Source: an uncultured Clostridia bacterium
GTDB lineage: Bacteria > Bacillota > Clostridia > Christensenellales > Borkfalkiaceae
Direction: 5' to 3'
NCBI GenBank assembly: GCA_947053655.1
Contig: CAMRTO010000006.1
Coordinates: 867-64,866, forward strand
Length of the DNA stretch: 64,000 nt
This document shows, piece by piece, positions 1 to 8,933 of the stretch. The position numbers and the translations under genes were made by a program. Each line of letters opens with the position of its first letter. Position 1 is the first letter of the stretch. A model generated the notes under the pieces. The model searched no databases. It had not been told where the DNA came from and saw only the letters and a list, made by a program, of their open reading frames with translations.

Positions 1-1109
1 CCGCTGCGTTTGATTCCCAACACAAGCGAGTATATCCACTCCGCATCGCTTTCGTCTATTCCGTTTTCGGCGAATTTCTTTTTTGTCGCGGCAAGCATTT
101 TGGAAAGTATGCCGCCGGTCATAAATTGCGTTTCGGGCACGGTTTCGTCCGCTTCCATTTCCAAAACTTTATTGAAAGCCGCAATGGCTACTTCGATCAT
201 CTGTTCGTCCGGCTCGCGCGTGGTGAGCAATTTTTGTATCAGCTTGCCCGGCCACTTGAATATTGCCGCGAACTTATTGTCGAAGCGGGCGAGGAATTTT
301 AAAATTTCATACGAGACTCCCGAAATAATCGGAAGCAAAACAACCTCTATGCCGATATTGACGAAAAATTTTGCAATGCTGTTATCTATGCTCCATACAT
401 AAGTATAGAACGCCCAGGTCACAACCGATATAGCGATGATATTTATAAACAGTACGATAAAGAGAAAAGACGTTCCGCATCTGTCGTGTATGCGCGAGCA
501 TTTTTTAACGTTTTCGGGCGTAAGCTCTATGCCGCGCTCGTAAGCGTTAATGGTTTTATGCTCAGCCCCGTGATACATATACAGACGCCGTATATCCTTT
601 AAAAACAGTATAAGACCGAGATAAATTAAAAATATCGCAAGCTTGAAGACGCCCAAAAGCACATAATATGCCCAGTGCTGTTCGTTAATGGTCGGAATTA
701 AATCCACAAGCACGCGCGGAAGAAATATGAATATACCCACCGCTATTATCACGCCCAAAAGCGCGGAGATAATGGCTATGATATCCATAAGGCTTACTTT
801 GAATTTTTCCGCCAGCCACTTTTGCAGTCTGCCCGCTTCCTCGTCGTCCTCGCCGTAAACCGCGGCGGAGCGCATAAGCGTTTTGGTGCCGCGCACGAGA
901 GATCCGACAAGATTTACTATGCCGCGGACGAACGGAATTTTGCTTGCGCGGCGGACGTGTTTATTCCTGTTCAGCCTTTTGGCTTCAATCTGAATTTCAC
1001 CCGCGGGGTCGCGCACGGCGGTTGCCATGGACTGCCTGCCCATCATCATAACGCCTTCAAGCACTGCCTGACCGCCGATATAAGTACAATTTTTTTTCTG
1101 TTTTGCCAT
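1..1109 (-). CDS. DUF1385 (YqhQ-like) membrane protein reading through in frame into a PrmC-like N-terminus; 3' end lies beyond window start
   Basis: Hand translation from ATG at 1109 gives MAKQKKNCTYIGGQAVLEGVMMMG...YHGAEHKTINAYE (DUF1385 hallmark HGAEHK) with several TM stretches. No closed minus ORF is listed here, consistent with an ORF open to the window edge. After about 329 codons an in-frame MTGGILSKMLAATKKKFAENGIDESDAEWIYSLVLGIKRS resembles PrmC N-termini. Confidence 0.75.
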   Translation of the reverse strand, partial: MAKQKKNCTYIGGQAVLEGVMMMGRQSMATAVRDPAGEIQIEAKRLNRNKHVRRASKIPFVRGIVNLVGSLVRGTKTLMRSAAVYGEDDEEAGRLQKWLAEKFKVSLMDIIAIISALLGVIIAVGIFIFLPRVLVDLIPTINEQHWAYYVLLGVFKLAIFLIYLGLILFLKDIRRLYMYHGAEHKTINAYERGIELTPENVKKCSRIHDRCGTSFLFIVLFINIIAISVVTWAFYTYVWSIDNSIAKFFVNIGIEVVLLPIISGVSYEILKFLARFDNKFAAIFKWPGKLIQKLLTTREPDEQMIEVAIAAFNKVLEMEADETVPETQFMTGGILSKMLAATKKKFAENGIDESDAEWIYSLVLGIKRS

Positions 1110-1214
1110 TTTTACCTTTGATTTGTTTTCGGTCTGCAAGGAATACCCTCCTTACAATTAATTTACGCAGCGGAATAAATAAATATAGCTCCAAAAAATT
1201 TGGAGCCACATTGT

Positions 1215-1418
1215 TTACAAACCGTATCTTTTGTTGAACTTGTCTACACGGCCGCCTGTATCAACAAGCTTCTGCTTACCGGTGAAAAACGGATGACATT
1301 TGTTGCAGATATCGACCTTTAAGGTTTCGACGTTCTTGGTCGTACCGGTCTTGAAAGTAGCTCCGCAAGCGCATACAACCGTTACTTCGTGATAGTCGGG
1401 ATGTATTTCGGGCTTCAT
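1215..1418 (-). CDS. rpmE: 50S ribosomal protein L31, Cys-containing (Zn-ribbon) form
   Basis: 67 aa, [19 protein letters not shown]...[13 protein letters not shown], typical L31 with paired Cys motifs. SD AAGAGG lies upstream. Confidence 0.95.
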   Translation of the reverse strand: MKPEIHPDYHEVTVVCACGATFKTGTTKNVETLKVDICNKCHPFFTGKQKLVDTGGRVDKFNKRYGL

Positions 1419-1460
1419 AATATTACCTCTTTTTAATGCTTAATACTTTAAATCTTAATA

Positions 1461-1489
1461 ATTATATACAATATAACAAGTTTAGTCAA
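1461..1489 (-). promoter_or_regulatory. sigma-A-type promoter for rpmE (TTGACT-17-TATAAT)
   Basis: On the minus strand, TTGACT (1484-1489) and TATAAT (1461-1466) are separated by exactly 17 nt, about 40 nt upstream of the rpmE ATG. Confidence 0.55.
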
Positions 1490-1565
1490 TTGATTTTAGG
1501 GCTAATCGACAAAAAAACATATGTTTTAAAAAAGTTGCATATTTTACGTTTTCGGCTGATTTTAG

Positions 1566-1594
1566 TTGCCAAAAATGCGTTTTTGTCGTATAAT
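1566..1594 (+). promoter_or_regulatory. sigma-A-type promoter for the MDR dehydrogenase gene (TTGCCA-17-TATAAT)
   Basis: TTGCCA at 1566-1571 and TATAAT at 1589-1594 with a 17-nt spacer. Only about 11 nt separate the -10 from the ATG at 1606, implying a leaderless or near-leaderless mRNA. Confidence 0.45.
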
Positions 1595-1605
1595 ATAGGT
1601 AATTT

Positions 1606-2628
1606 ATGGATAACTGGATTTTAAACGGCGTGCGTAATTTGGTAAATACGCCTGCCGCGTCGGCGGAAATTTCGCCCACGCAGGTAAAGGTTAAAGTTAC
1701 GCATCTGCTACTCTCCAATTACGACGCCCTGTTATGGGGCGGGGAGATTACCGCAAAATATCCCAAGACGTTAGGCAGGTTCGCCGTCGGTATAGTTACC
1801 GAGGCGGGCGCCGACTGTTACGGCATAAAGAAGAATAAGCGCGTGTATCTTCATCCCGCAAGGGGCTGCGGCAAATGTCTTGCCTGCAAAAGCGGTAAAA
1901 AAGAAAATTGCACTGATATAGCGCTTGCCGGCAGAGATTTCGACGGTTTTCTGCGCGATTTCGTCGTATGCGATTATACTGAGGTTACGCCTCTGCCCGA
2001 CAACCTTGACGATATGCTTGCGCTTTGCATAGAAATGACGGGAATTGCCGAAAATATTTATGACAAACTTAATCTTTCCGCGGGTCAGAGAGTTGCGGTA
2101 ATCGGCGGCGACTTTATGGGCAACATAATAGCGCAGGTTCTGCAATATCATAAGTTGATTCCCATTGTTATCGAAAACAATCCCAGCAATTTGGATAAAG
2201 CGAAAAAGTGCGGCATAAGTTACGCTTTCCCCGACGACGACGACCTTGAAGGCAACGTTACGGACGCGACAAGCGGCGAGCTGTGCGACGCGGCGATATA
2301 TTCGGCAAGCTCGCGCCTGCCTATGAATTTGCCTGCAAGACTTATCGGCAAGGAAAAAAGCATAGTGCTGAGCGGTTACACGGCAATGCACAGCAATATA
2401 GACGTATGCGACGTGCTTGAGAAAAATTTGAAAATTTTCGGCGTAACCAACGCTTACGGCTACACAGACGAGGTTATTAATATGCTGTTGCGCGGCGCCG
2501 TTAGGACCGACGTGTTCGACATAGAAGTAAAAACCGAGTACGACCCCGCCGCTTTGATTGCGGAGCGCTACGAAAATATCGCTTCGTCCAACAAAGCCAA
2601 AATGACGGTGCTTAAAATGATTCTCTGA
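1606..2628 (+). CDS. medium-chain (zinc-type) alcohol/polyol dehydrogenase family protein with a divergent catalytic site
   Basis: 340 aa. The structural-Zn Cys cluster CGKCLACKSGKKENC is present. The usual GHE catalytic motif reads GRF. The Rossmann-like stretch is VAVIGGDFMGNIIAQ. Confidence 0.7.
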   Translation: MDNWILNGVRNLVNTPAASAEISPTQVKVKVTHLLLSNYDALLWGGEITAKYPKTLGRFAVGIVTEAGADCYGIKKNKRVYLHPARGCGKCLACKSGKKENCTDIALAGRDFDGFLRDFVVCDYTEVTPLPDNLDDMLALCIEMTGIAENIYDKLNLSAGQRVAVIGGDFMGNIIAQVLQYHKLIPIVIENNPSNLDKAKKCGISYAFPDDDDLEGNVTDATSGELCDAAIYSASSRLPMNLPARLIGKEKSIVLSGYTAMHSNIDVCDVLEKNLKIFGVTNAYGYTDEVINMLLRGAVRTDVFDIEVKTEYDPAALIAERYENIASSNKAKMTVLKMIL

Positions 2629-2654
2629 CGCATACCGCGGGTTTCTATACCCGT

Positions 2655-4046
2655 ATGCGCAATTTACCGAAATTTATTTTTTCTTTGAATTTTTTATATA
2701 TTGTCACGATTGCGGTTCAGGCGACCGCAATTATTTTTTTGTGCTTTTATATACCTTCCTTTCTGCCGTCCGCAATTATGTATGCCGCAATATGGATTGT
2801 AACTGCGGCGGCGGCGACGGCGCTTTTTGCGCGCGGCGGCGCACCCGAAGCAAAGTGCGCATGGTTTGTGCTTATCACCGCTTTGCCCATAGCGGGCGCT
2901 GTCATTTACCTGCTTGCCACTATAAAGCGCAAGCCGTGCGGACTGCTGGAAATTAAAACGCCGGACGGTACAAGCCGTTGCGGGGCATGCGTTGCCGGCT
3001 ACGACAGGGCAGAATATTTCGACTGCGGAAGCAAATTTTTCGACGCGGTATTCGAAGAAATTTCAAAGGCGCATAAAAGCGTCTATCTGGAATTTTTTAT
3101 AATAAGCCGCGGCGCGGTGTTCGAAAGGCTTACGGACGCTTTGAACTCCGCCGCGCGTAACGGCGCGGAAATAAAAATTATCTACGACGGAATAGGCTCG
3201 GCTTTCAGAATAGGCAAAAAACAGATTAAACGGCTTGAAAAGCTTGGGGCGGAGGTCAAAATTTTTCACAGGCTGACCCCTTTCCCCCGCGCCCGTCTCA
3301 ACTTCCGCGACCACCGAAAAATTATATCCGTTGACGGCAAGGCCGCCTTCACGGGCGGTGTAAACATTGCCGACGAGTATGCGAATATAGACAGCCCGCA
3401 CGGCTACTGGAAGGACAGCGGCGTCGGCGTTTACGGCGCGGCGGCTAAGGCGCTGGAAGCGATGTTTTTATCCGTCTGGTTCAAAAGCTTCGAAACTGAG
3501 CTGCCTTCGGGCGGAAATTTTTCGTGTATGCCCTTTTACGACAGTCCGCCTTACAGGGCGTTTTGCGAGGACGCGTACGTCTGCGCCGTAAACAGAGCCG
3601 AAAAGCGTATTCATATCCTCACGCCGTATTTATGCACAGGCGAAAAAACCGCGGCGGCGCTCAGGTTTGCGGCCTTACGCGGCGTGGACGTAAAAATAAT
3701 AATTCCGCATATTCCCGATAAAAAATATGCGTTTGAAATTTCAAAGGCGTATGCGAAACCGCTTGCCTGTGCGGGCGTTAAGTTTTACGAATACACGCCC
3801 GGGTTCATGCACGCCAAATGCCTTATCTGCGACGGCGACGTCTATCTGGGAAGCTACAACTTCGACTTCCGTTCCATGCACTATAACTTTGAATGCGGAA
3901 TAAAGTTCGACGGGCAAATGACCGGACTTGCGGAAAAGGATTTCGACGCATGTTTAAAACTTTCTTCCCCGCTGGACGAAAAAAAGATAAGCGCGCCGAG
4001 ACGTTTTTGCAGATTTCTTTTGAAGCTGTTCTCTCCGCTGATATAA
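2655..4046 (+). CDS. cls: cardiolipin synthase (phospholipase D family)
   Basis: 463 aa with N-terminal TM helices and two HKD motifs: HRKIISVDG...GGVNIADEY and HAKCLICDG...GSYNFDFRS. Confidence 0.85.
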   Translation: MRNLPKFIFSLNFLYIVTIAVQATAIIFLCFYIPSFLPSAIMYAAIWIVTAAAATALFARGGAPEAKCAWFVLITALPIAGAVIYLLATIKRKPCGLLEIKTPDGTSRCGACVAGYDRAEYFDCGSKFFDAVFEEISKAHKSVYLEFFIISRGAVFERLTDALNSAARNGAEIKIIYDGIGSAFRIGKKQIKRLEKLGAEVKIFHRLTPFPRARLNFRDHRKIISVDGKAAFTGGVNIADEYANIDSPHGYWKDSGVGVYGAAAKALEAMFLSVWFKSFETELPSGGNFSCMPFYDSPPYRAFCEDAYVCAVNRAEKRIHILTPYLCTGEKTAAALRFAALRGVDVKIIIPHIPDKKYAFEISKAYAKPLACAGVKFYEYTPGFMHAKCLICDGDVYLGSYNFDFRSMHYNFECGIKFDGQMTGLAEKDFDACLKLSSPLDEKKISAPRRFCRFLLKLFSPLI

Positions 4047-4100
4047 AAATTACGGCGGGCGGAGTTGACACTCCTCCCGCCGCAGTGGTATTATATTTAT

Positions 4101-4631
4101 ATGAAATTTTTAATAGCAAGCGATATACACGGCTCCGCCGAATACTGCCGTCTGACCGCGGAAGCGTTCGCGCGGGAAAAGGCGGACAAGCTTCTTCTTT
4201 TAGGCGACATACTCTACCACGGACCGAGGAACCCTTTGCCTGCGGAATATTCTCCGCAGGAGGTTGTGCGTATCCTTTCCGGCTTGAAGGACAAAATTAT
4301 CTGCGTGCAGGGCAACTGCGACAGCGAAGTCGACCAAATGGTTTTGCCCTTTCCCGTTTTATGCGGCTATGCCGCGGTTTTTGCCGACGGATTGGAAATG
4401 ATACTTTCGCACGGGCACAGGGAAACGCCGCCGCTGAAAAAGGGAAGCGTGTATATTACCGGACATACCCACGTTCCGCTGAACGCGGTTGAAAACGGCT
4501 GTTACCACCTTAATCCCGGGTCGGTTTCTCTGCCTAAAGAGGGCAGCGGACACGGATATATTCTGTATGAAAACAGGACTTTTGCGTTTAAGACCTTCGA
4601 CGGAAATATTTACGACAAACTGAGCATATAA
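4101..4631 (+). CDS. YfcE-like metallophosphoesterase (phosphodiesterase, MJ0936 family)
   Basis: Motifs MKFLIASDIHGS, LLLGDILYHGPRN, GNCD and GHTH. ATG at 4101 is preferred over the upstream alternative start at 4065. Confidence 0.8.
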   Translation: MKFLIASDIHGSAEYCRLTAEAFAREKADKLLLLGDILYHGPRNPLPAEYSPQEVVRILSGLKDKIICVQGNCDSEVDQMVLPFPVLCGYAAVFADGLEMILSHGHRETPPLKKGSVYITGHTHVPLNAVENGCYHLNPGSVSLPKEGSGHGYILYENRTFAFKTFDGNIYDKLSI

Positions 4632-4634
4632 AAA

Positions 4635-4663
4635 ATCCGTCCGTTTTACGGACGGATTTTTTT
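4635..4663. terminator. bidirectional rho-independent terminator between convergent genes
   Basis: ATCCGTCCG-TTTTA-CGGACGGAT hairpin flanked by an A-run upstream and a T-run downstream. Confidence 0.75.
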
Positions 4664-4670
4664 GTTTAAG

Positions 4671-4895
4671 TTATACGGGGATAACGCGCAAAATGTGCTT
4701 GCTGACAATCATAAGGATTAAGTCGATAAGCCAAATGATACCCCAGCCGAGCAACAGACGCAGAAGACCTGCTACGATTTTGCCTTCCTGGAATCTGGTA
4801 ACCGCGCCGCAAATCCAAGATGTTACGGGGATGATAGCCAAAATGAGGCTGACAATGTAGCTGAGGCCAAAATAATCGCTCTTACTTGCTGCCAT
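4671..4895 (-). CDS. small membrane protein (2 predicted TM helices), family not recognised
   Basis: 74 aa, hydrophobic segments LSYIVSLILAIIPVTSWICGAV and LLLGWGIIWLIDLILMIV, SD present. Confidence 0.5.
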   Translation of the reverse strand: MAASKSDYFGLSYIVSLILAIIPVTSWICGAVTRFQEGKIVAGLLRLLLGWGIIWLIDLILMIVSKHILRVIPV

Positions 4896-5037
4896 TTCAA
4901 TTCTCCTTGAATAAATGTTTTGTAGTTATATTATACCATATCTGAAAAATATGTCAACAATATAAGCCGAAAAATATTTTTGACAAATATGAATAAAATT
5001 AATACCTCTATAATGTATTTCGCAATTTGGCTAATTA

Positions 5038-5068
5038 TGACAAAATGCGGCGGATTTTACCGCCGCAT
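5038..5068 (-). terminator. rho-independent terminator after rplQ (end of alpha operon)
   Basis: On the minus strand, ATGCGGCGG-TAAAAT-CCGCCGCAT is followed by TTTGTCAT. Confidence 0.7.
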
Positions 5069-5079
5069 TTGATTTTGCG

Positions 5080-5586
5080 TTAAACAAGCTCTATTATAGC
5101 TTCTTCCGCGCCGTCGCCGCGGCGGGAGCCGAGCAGATATACGCGCGTGTATCCGCCGCCCTGACCGAGTTCTTCGGCACGCTGTGCGTATTTGGGCGCA
5201 ATTTCGTTGAAAAGCTTTTCCATAAGGGGATGCTGAATATCCGCCGTTCTCTTTTTGAAGTCGGACTTCTTTTCACTGAAAGCCTTTACTTCCTGCAAGT
5301 CGCGCAGCTTCGCCATGATAGCGCGGCGCGCCGCAAGCTTTTTGGGGCTGTCCTTTATGGATTTTACGGTAACTTCCTTACCTTTTTTATCGGCTTTTTT
5401 GGTCTGCGTTTCAACATTGTCGTCGTAAACCTTTACCGCTTTGGTTATAATTTTTTCAACGTAGGGCTGCAAAGCCTTAGCTCTCGCTTTGGTCGTGGTT
5501 ATTTTACCGTACCATAACAGTTCGGAAGCCTGGTTACGGAGCATTGCCTGTCTTTGCTCAGCCGTCATTCCTAATTTTGCGGGCAT
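5080..5586 (-). CDS. rplQ: 50S ribosomal protein L17, long form with internal insertions
   Basis: 168 aa with L17 core motifs: LRNQASELLWYGKITTTKARAKALQPYVEKIIT and GGYTRVYLLGSRRGDGAEEAIIELV. Last gene after rpoA. Confidence 0.9.
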   Translation of the reverse strand: MPAKLGMTAEQRQAMLRNQASELLWYGKITTTKARAKALQPYVEKIITKAVKVYDDNVETQTKKADKKGKEVTVKSIKDSPKKLAARRAIMAKLRDLQEVKAFSEKKSDFKKRTADIQHPLMEKLFNEIAPKYAQRAEELGQGGGYTRVYLLGSRRGDGAEEAIIELV

Positions 5587-5589
5587 CTT

Positions 5590-6543
5590 TTAATCCTCCT
5601 TGTTAGAAAGTGTAAGACCGTAAGACTGAAGCTTCAAAATAACTTCGTCCAAAGACTTCCTGCCGAGGTTTCTTACCTTTAACATCTCGTCTTCCGTCTT
5701 TCTTGTAAGATCTTCCACCGTATGAATGTTTGCGCGCTTTAAGCAGTTGTAGGAACGGACGGAAAGGTCCATTTCCTCTATTGCCATAGCGAGTATCTTC
5801 TGTTGCTTGTCGTCCTCGTTCTTGACGAGAATATCCATACCCCTTATCGTTTCCGAAAGGTCTACGAAAAGCGAAATATGATCCTGCATTATCTTCGCCG
5901 CGAGGGAAACTATTTCCTTTGCGCCGAACGCGCCGTTCGTCCAGACTTCGAGCGTAAGCTTGTCATAGTCGGTATTCTGTCCGACGCGGGTATTTTCAAC
6001 CGAATAGTTTACTTTTTTAACCGGCGTATAGATGGAATCCACGGGGATGTAGTCGAGAAGCTCTGTACGGGTATGATCCGCGCCCTTATAGCCCCTGCCG
6101 CGACCCACGGTTATTTCCATATCGATTTTGCCGCCTGCGTCGACGGTACAGATGTGCGCGTCGCCGTTTATTATTTCTATTTCGGCATCTTCCTGAATGT
6201 CGCTTGCCTTAACCTCGCAGGGACCTTCCTTGTACAGGCGGAGAACCTTTACATAGTCCTTGTCCGTTATGCGGGTTTTTATTGCAAGAGATTTGAGATT
6301 AAGTATAATTTCAGTTACGTCCTCTTTGACGCCTGCGACAGCAGAAAACTCGTGCTTGACGCTTCCGTCGAGGAATCTTACGCCCTGCGCCGCCGCTCCG
6401 GGAAGCGCCGATAAGAGAATTCTTCTCAGACAGTTGCCTATCGTCAGACCGAAGCCCTTTTCAAGCGGCTCTACCACTACTTTCGCATAGGCTTGATCGT
6501 CGCTTTCTTCGACCTCGATTTTGGGCATATCCATTTCGATCAT
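5590..6543 (-). CDS. rpoA: DNA-directed RNA polymerase subunit alpha
   Basis: 317 aa, [14 protein letters not shown]..., C-terminal domain [23 protein letters not shown], positioned between rpsD and rplQ. Confidence 0.97.
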   Translation of the reverse strand: [317 protein letters not shown]

Positions 6544-6568
6544 TTTGTTACCTCCTGAAATTTAGATG

Positions 6569-7192
6569 TTATTTGGAGTATAATTCGACAATCATGTGTT
6601 CGGAAATCTGGCTGTCGATATCTTCTCTGGTGGGAAGCGCTAAGATTTTGCCTTCAAGCTTTTCGGGGTTGAACTCCAACCACTTGGGCATAACGCCAAC
6701 TTTCATAGCCTTAATCGCTTCGAAATATTTATTTGAGGCTTTACTTTCTTTAACGGTTATAACGTCGCCTGCCTTAATTACAAAGGAAGGAATATTGACT
6801 TTTTTGCCGTTGACAAGAAAATGACCGTGATTTACAAGCTGCCTTGCCTGCGAGCGGCTTGCGCCTATACCCATACGGTAAATAACGTTGTCGAGTCTGC
6901 GTTCCAAAAGCGAAAGCATGTTTTCGCCGGTTATGCCCTTCATTCTGTCGGCTTTCTCGTAATATGCGCGGAACTGACCTTCCTGAACGCCGTAAATACG
7001 CTTAACCTTCTGCTTTTCACGAAGCTGCTGACCGTACTCGGAAACCTTTTTTCTGCCTGCGCCGTGTACTCCGGGAGGGGTAGGTCTCTTTTCGAACGGA
7101 CATTTGCCCGTATAACATTTATCGCCCTTTAAAAACAGTTTTCCGCCTTCCCTTCTGCAAAGACGGCATTTTGCTTCTCTGTAAGTTGCCAT
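6569..7192 (-). CDS. rpsD: 30S ribosomal protein S4
   Basis: 207 aa, [26 protein letters not shown]... and an S4 domain ([26 protein letters not shown]). Confidence 0.97.
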   Translation of the reverse strand: MATYREAKCRLCRREGGKLFLKGDKCYTGKCPFEKRPTPPGVHGAGRKKVSEYGQQLREKQKVKRIYGVQEGQFRAYYEKADRMKGITGENMLSLLERRLDNVIYRMGIGASRSQARQLVNHGHFLVNGKKVNIPSFVIKAGDVITVKESKASNKYFEAIKAMKVGVMPKWLEFNPEKLEGKILALPTREDIDSQISEHMIVELYSK

Positions 7193-7211
7193 ATCTTTCT
7201 TCTACCTCCGA

Positions 7212-7616
7212 TTATACTCTGCGACGCTTGGGCGGTCTGCAACCGTTGTGGGGAATGGGCGAAACGTCGGAAATCAAAGTAATTTCCAAATCGCATGCGC
7301 CGATTGCCCTTATTGCCGACTCTCTGCCTGCGCCGGGACCCTTTACGTAAACTTCCACAGAACGCAGTCCGTGGTCCTTAGCGGCTTTAAGCGCCGTTTC
7401 GCAAGCCATCTGCGCCGCGAACGGGGTGCCTTTTCTCGAACCTTTGAAGTTAAGGCTGCCCGCGCTTGACCAGGATATTACGTTGCCCTGTAAATCGGTT
7501 ACGGTAATAAGCGTATTGTTGAAAGTGGACTGGATATGAACCTGACCCTTATCTACTTTTTTAAGCTCTCTGCGTTTTCTGGAAACGGTTTGCTTTTTGT
7601 TGTTAGCTGATGCCAT
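7212..7616 (-). CDS. rpsK: 30S ribosomal protein S11
   Basis: 134 aa, ...[31 protein letters not shown]...[13 protein letters not shown]. Confidence 0.97.
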   Translation of the reverse strand: MASANNKKQTVSRKRRELKKVDKGQVHIQSTFNNTLITVTDLQGNVISWSSAGSLNFKGSRKGTPFAAQMACETALKAAKDHGLRSVEVYVKGPGAGRESAIRAIGACDLEITLISDVSPIPHNGCRPPKRRRV

Positions 7617-7628
7617 ACCTTATCCTCC

Positions 7629-8003
7629 TTACTTCGCTCCCTTCTTCTTTGCAACCGTGCGGCGGGGACCTTTTCTCGTCCTCGCGTTGGTTTTTGTGGA
7701 CTGTCCGCGGACGGGCAGACCTTTTCTGTGACGGATGCCGCGATAGCATCCTATTTCCATAAGTCTTTTTATGTTGAGCGAAACCTCGCTTCTGAGCTCG
7801 CCCTCAACCCTGTAATTATGGTCGATATATTCTCTCAGTTTGGATACTGCGTTTTCGTCCAAATCTTTAACTCTCGTGTCGGGGTCTATGCCCGTCGCCG
7901 CAAGAATTTTTTGGGACGTCTTCAAACCGATACCGTAGATATAGGTAAGCCCTATTTCTATTCTCTTTTCTCTGGGTAAATCTACACCGGCAATACGTGC
8001 CAT
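7629..8003 (-). CDS. rpsM: 30S ribosomal protein S13
   Basis: 124 aa, [26 protein letters not shown]... Confidence 0.97.
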   Translation of the reverse strand: MARIAGVDLPREKRIEIGLTYIYGIGLKTSQKILAATGIDPDTRVKDLDENAVSKLREYIDHNYRVEGELRSEVSLNIKRLMEIGCYRGIRHRKGLPVRGQSTKTNARTRKGPRRTVAKKKGAK

Positions 8004-8026
8004 AACGATTTAATTCCTCCGTTAAA

Positions 8027-8055
8027 ATTTTAAAAAGTGTATTTTTGTATGTCAA
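8027..8055 (-). promoter_or_regulatory. candidate internal promoter for rpsM-rpsK-rpsD-rpoA-rplQ (TTGACA-17-TAAAAT)
   Basis: On the minus strand, TTGACA (8050-8055) and TAAAAT (8027-8032) have a 17-nt spacer. Caveat: the -10 lies only about 7 nt from the GGAGG SD, so the transcript would start at the SD. Confidence 0.4.
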
Positions 8056-8117
8056 CCGCTCGGCGCGCCCGCCCGAAAATTCGGAATGAGGCGGAAAGCG
8101 CAGACGGAATTGTTTTT

Positions 8118-8379
8118 AACCTTACGTTAACGATGTATCTTTATTGCTTTGACTGCAACCGTTTTTATCACAGGTCAAGCGTAACCTTACGTTAACGGTG
8201 TTTCTTTATTGCTTTTGCGGCAATTCTTTTTGCCGCCCGTCAAGCATAACCTTACGTTAACGACGTTTCTTTATTGCTTTTGCGGCAATTCTTTTTGCCG
8301 CCCGTCAAGCATAACCTTACGTTAACGACGTTTCATTATTGCTTTTACTGCAATCTGCTTTACAACAAGCAACAGTCAT
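8118..8379. repeat. tandem array, 4 copies of a 65-bp unit in the rpmJ-rpsM spacer
   Basis: Units start at 8118, 8183, 8248 and 8313 and all begin AACCTTACGTTAACG(A/G)(C/T)GT.TC.TTATTGCTTT. Copies 2 and 3 are near-identical and contain the hairpin GCGGCA-ATTCTTTT-TGCCGC. Copies 1 and 4 diverge in the 3' half. Confidence 0.85.
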
Positions 8380-8410
8380 ACCGCGCGTAAGCGAAGTATC
8401 TTGCCGGATT

Positions 8411-8484
8411 CTTCACTGCGTTCAAAATGACACAAAGCGGCGTGCAAGGCGTCTTCACTGCGCACAAAATTACAAAACAGGCGT
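8411..8484. repeat. imperfect direct duplication (about 42-nt period) next to the 65-bp array
   Basis: CTTCACTGCGTTCAAAATGACACAAAGCGGCGT at 8411 matches CTTCACTGCGCACAAAATTACAAAACAGGCGT at 8453. Confidence 0.5.
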
Positions 8485-8571
8485 AGCGGTGACGGGGCGT
8501 GCATATAGCCGCTCCTAAACCGAGACGCCGTTCCCTTTTGGGAAAGGCAAAGCGCGTAAATCCGCCCGACG

Positions 8572-8688
8572 TTAACCCTGACGCTGTTTATGACTTTTGT
8601 TCTTGGAACAAATAATCATTACTTTGCCGTTTCTTTTAATTACTTTGCATTTATCGCACATGGGCTTTACAGAAGGTCTTACTTTCAT
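8572..8688 (-). CDS. rpmJ: 50S ribosomal protein L36 (Zn-binding form)
   Basis: Found by hand because it is below the ORF-track cutoff. [38 protein letters not shown], 38 aa, with SD GGAGATAAGGA upstream. Confidence 0.9.
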   Translation of the reverse strand: MKVRPSVKPMCDKCKVIKRNGKVMIICSKNKSHKQRQG

Positions 8689-8711
8689 TTTCCTTATCTC
8701 CTTAAAATGTA

Positions 8712-8933
8712 CTAATTCTTACTACGCCAGACTATCCTGCCTTTGGTCAAATCGTAGGGGCTCATTTCAAGCTTGACGTTATCACCCTCTATGATTCTTA
8801 TATAATTCATGCGGAGCTTACCCGAAATGTAAGCCGTAATTATATAGCCGTTTGACAGTTTAACCTTGAAATTTGCGTTGGGCAGGCACTCTATTACCTT
8901 GCCTTCCGCTTCGATTACGTCGTCTTTGGACAT
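8712..8933 (-). CDS. infA: translation initiation factor IF-1
   Basis: 73 aa, [61 protein letters not shown]. Confidence 0.97.
   Translation of the reverse strand: MSKDDVIEAEGKVIECLPNANFKVKLSNGYIITAYISGKLRMNYIRIIEGDNVKLEMSPYDLTKGRIVWRSKN

Noticed and set aside
10-1121. Plus-strand ORFs 10..402 and 822..1121
   Set aside because: Both lie antisense to a well-supported DUF1385 coding frame (HGAEHK motif, TM helices). They have low-complexity or odd composition and no SD.
8118-8379. Possible CRISPR array (regularly spaced repeats in a non-coding region)
   Set aside because: The whole 65-bp unit repeats head to tail with no unique spacers between conserved repeats. There are no cas genes in the window. 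Copies 1 and 4 degrade gradually, as in a tandem duplication.
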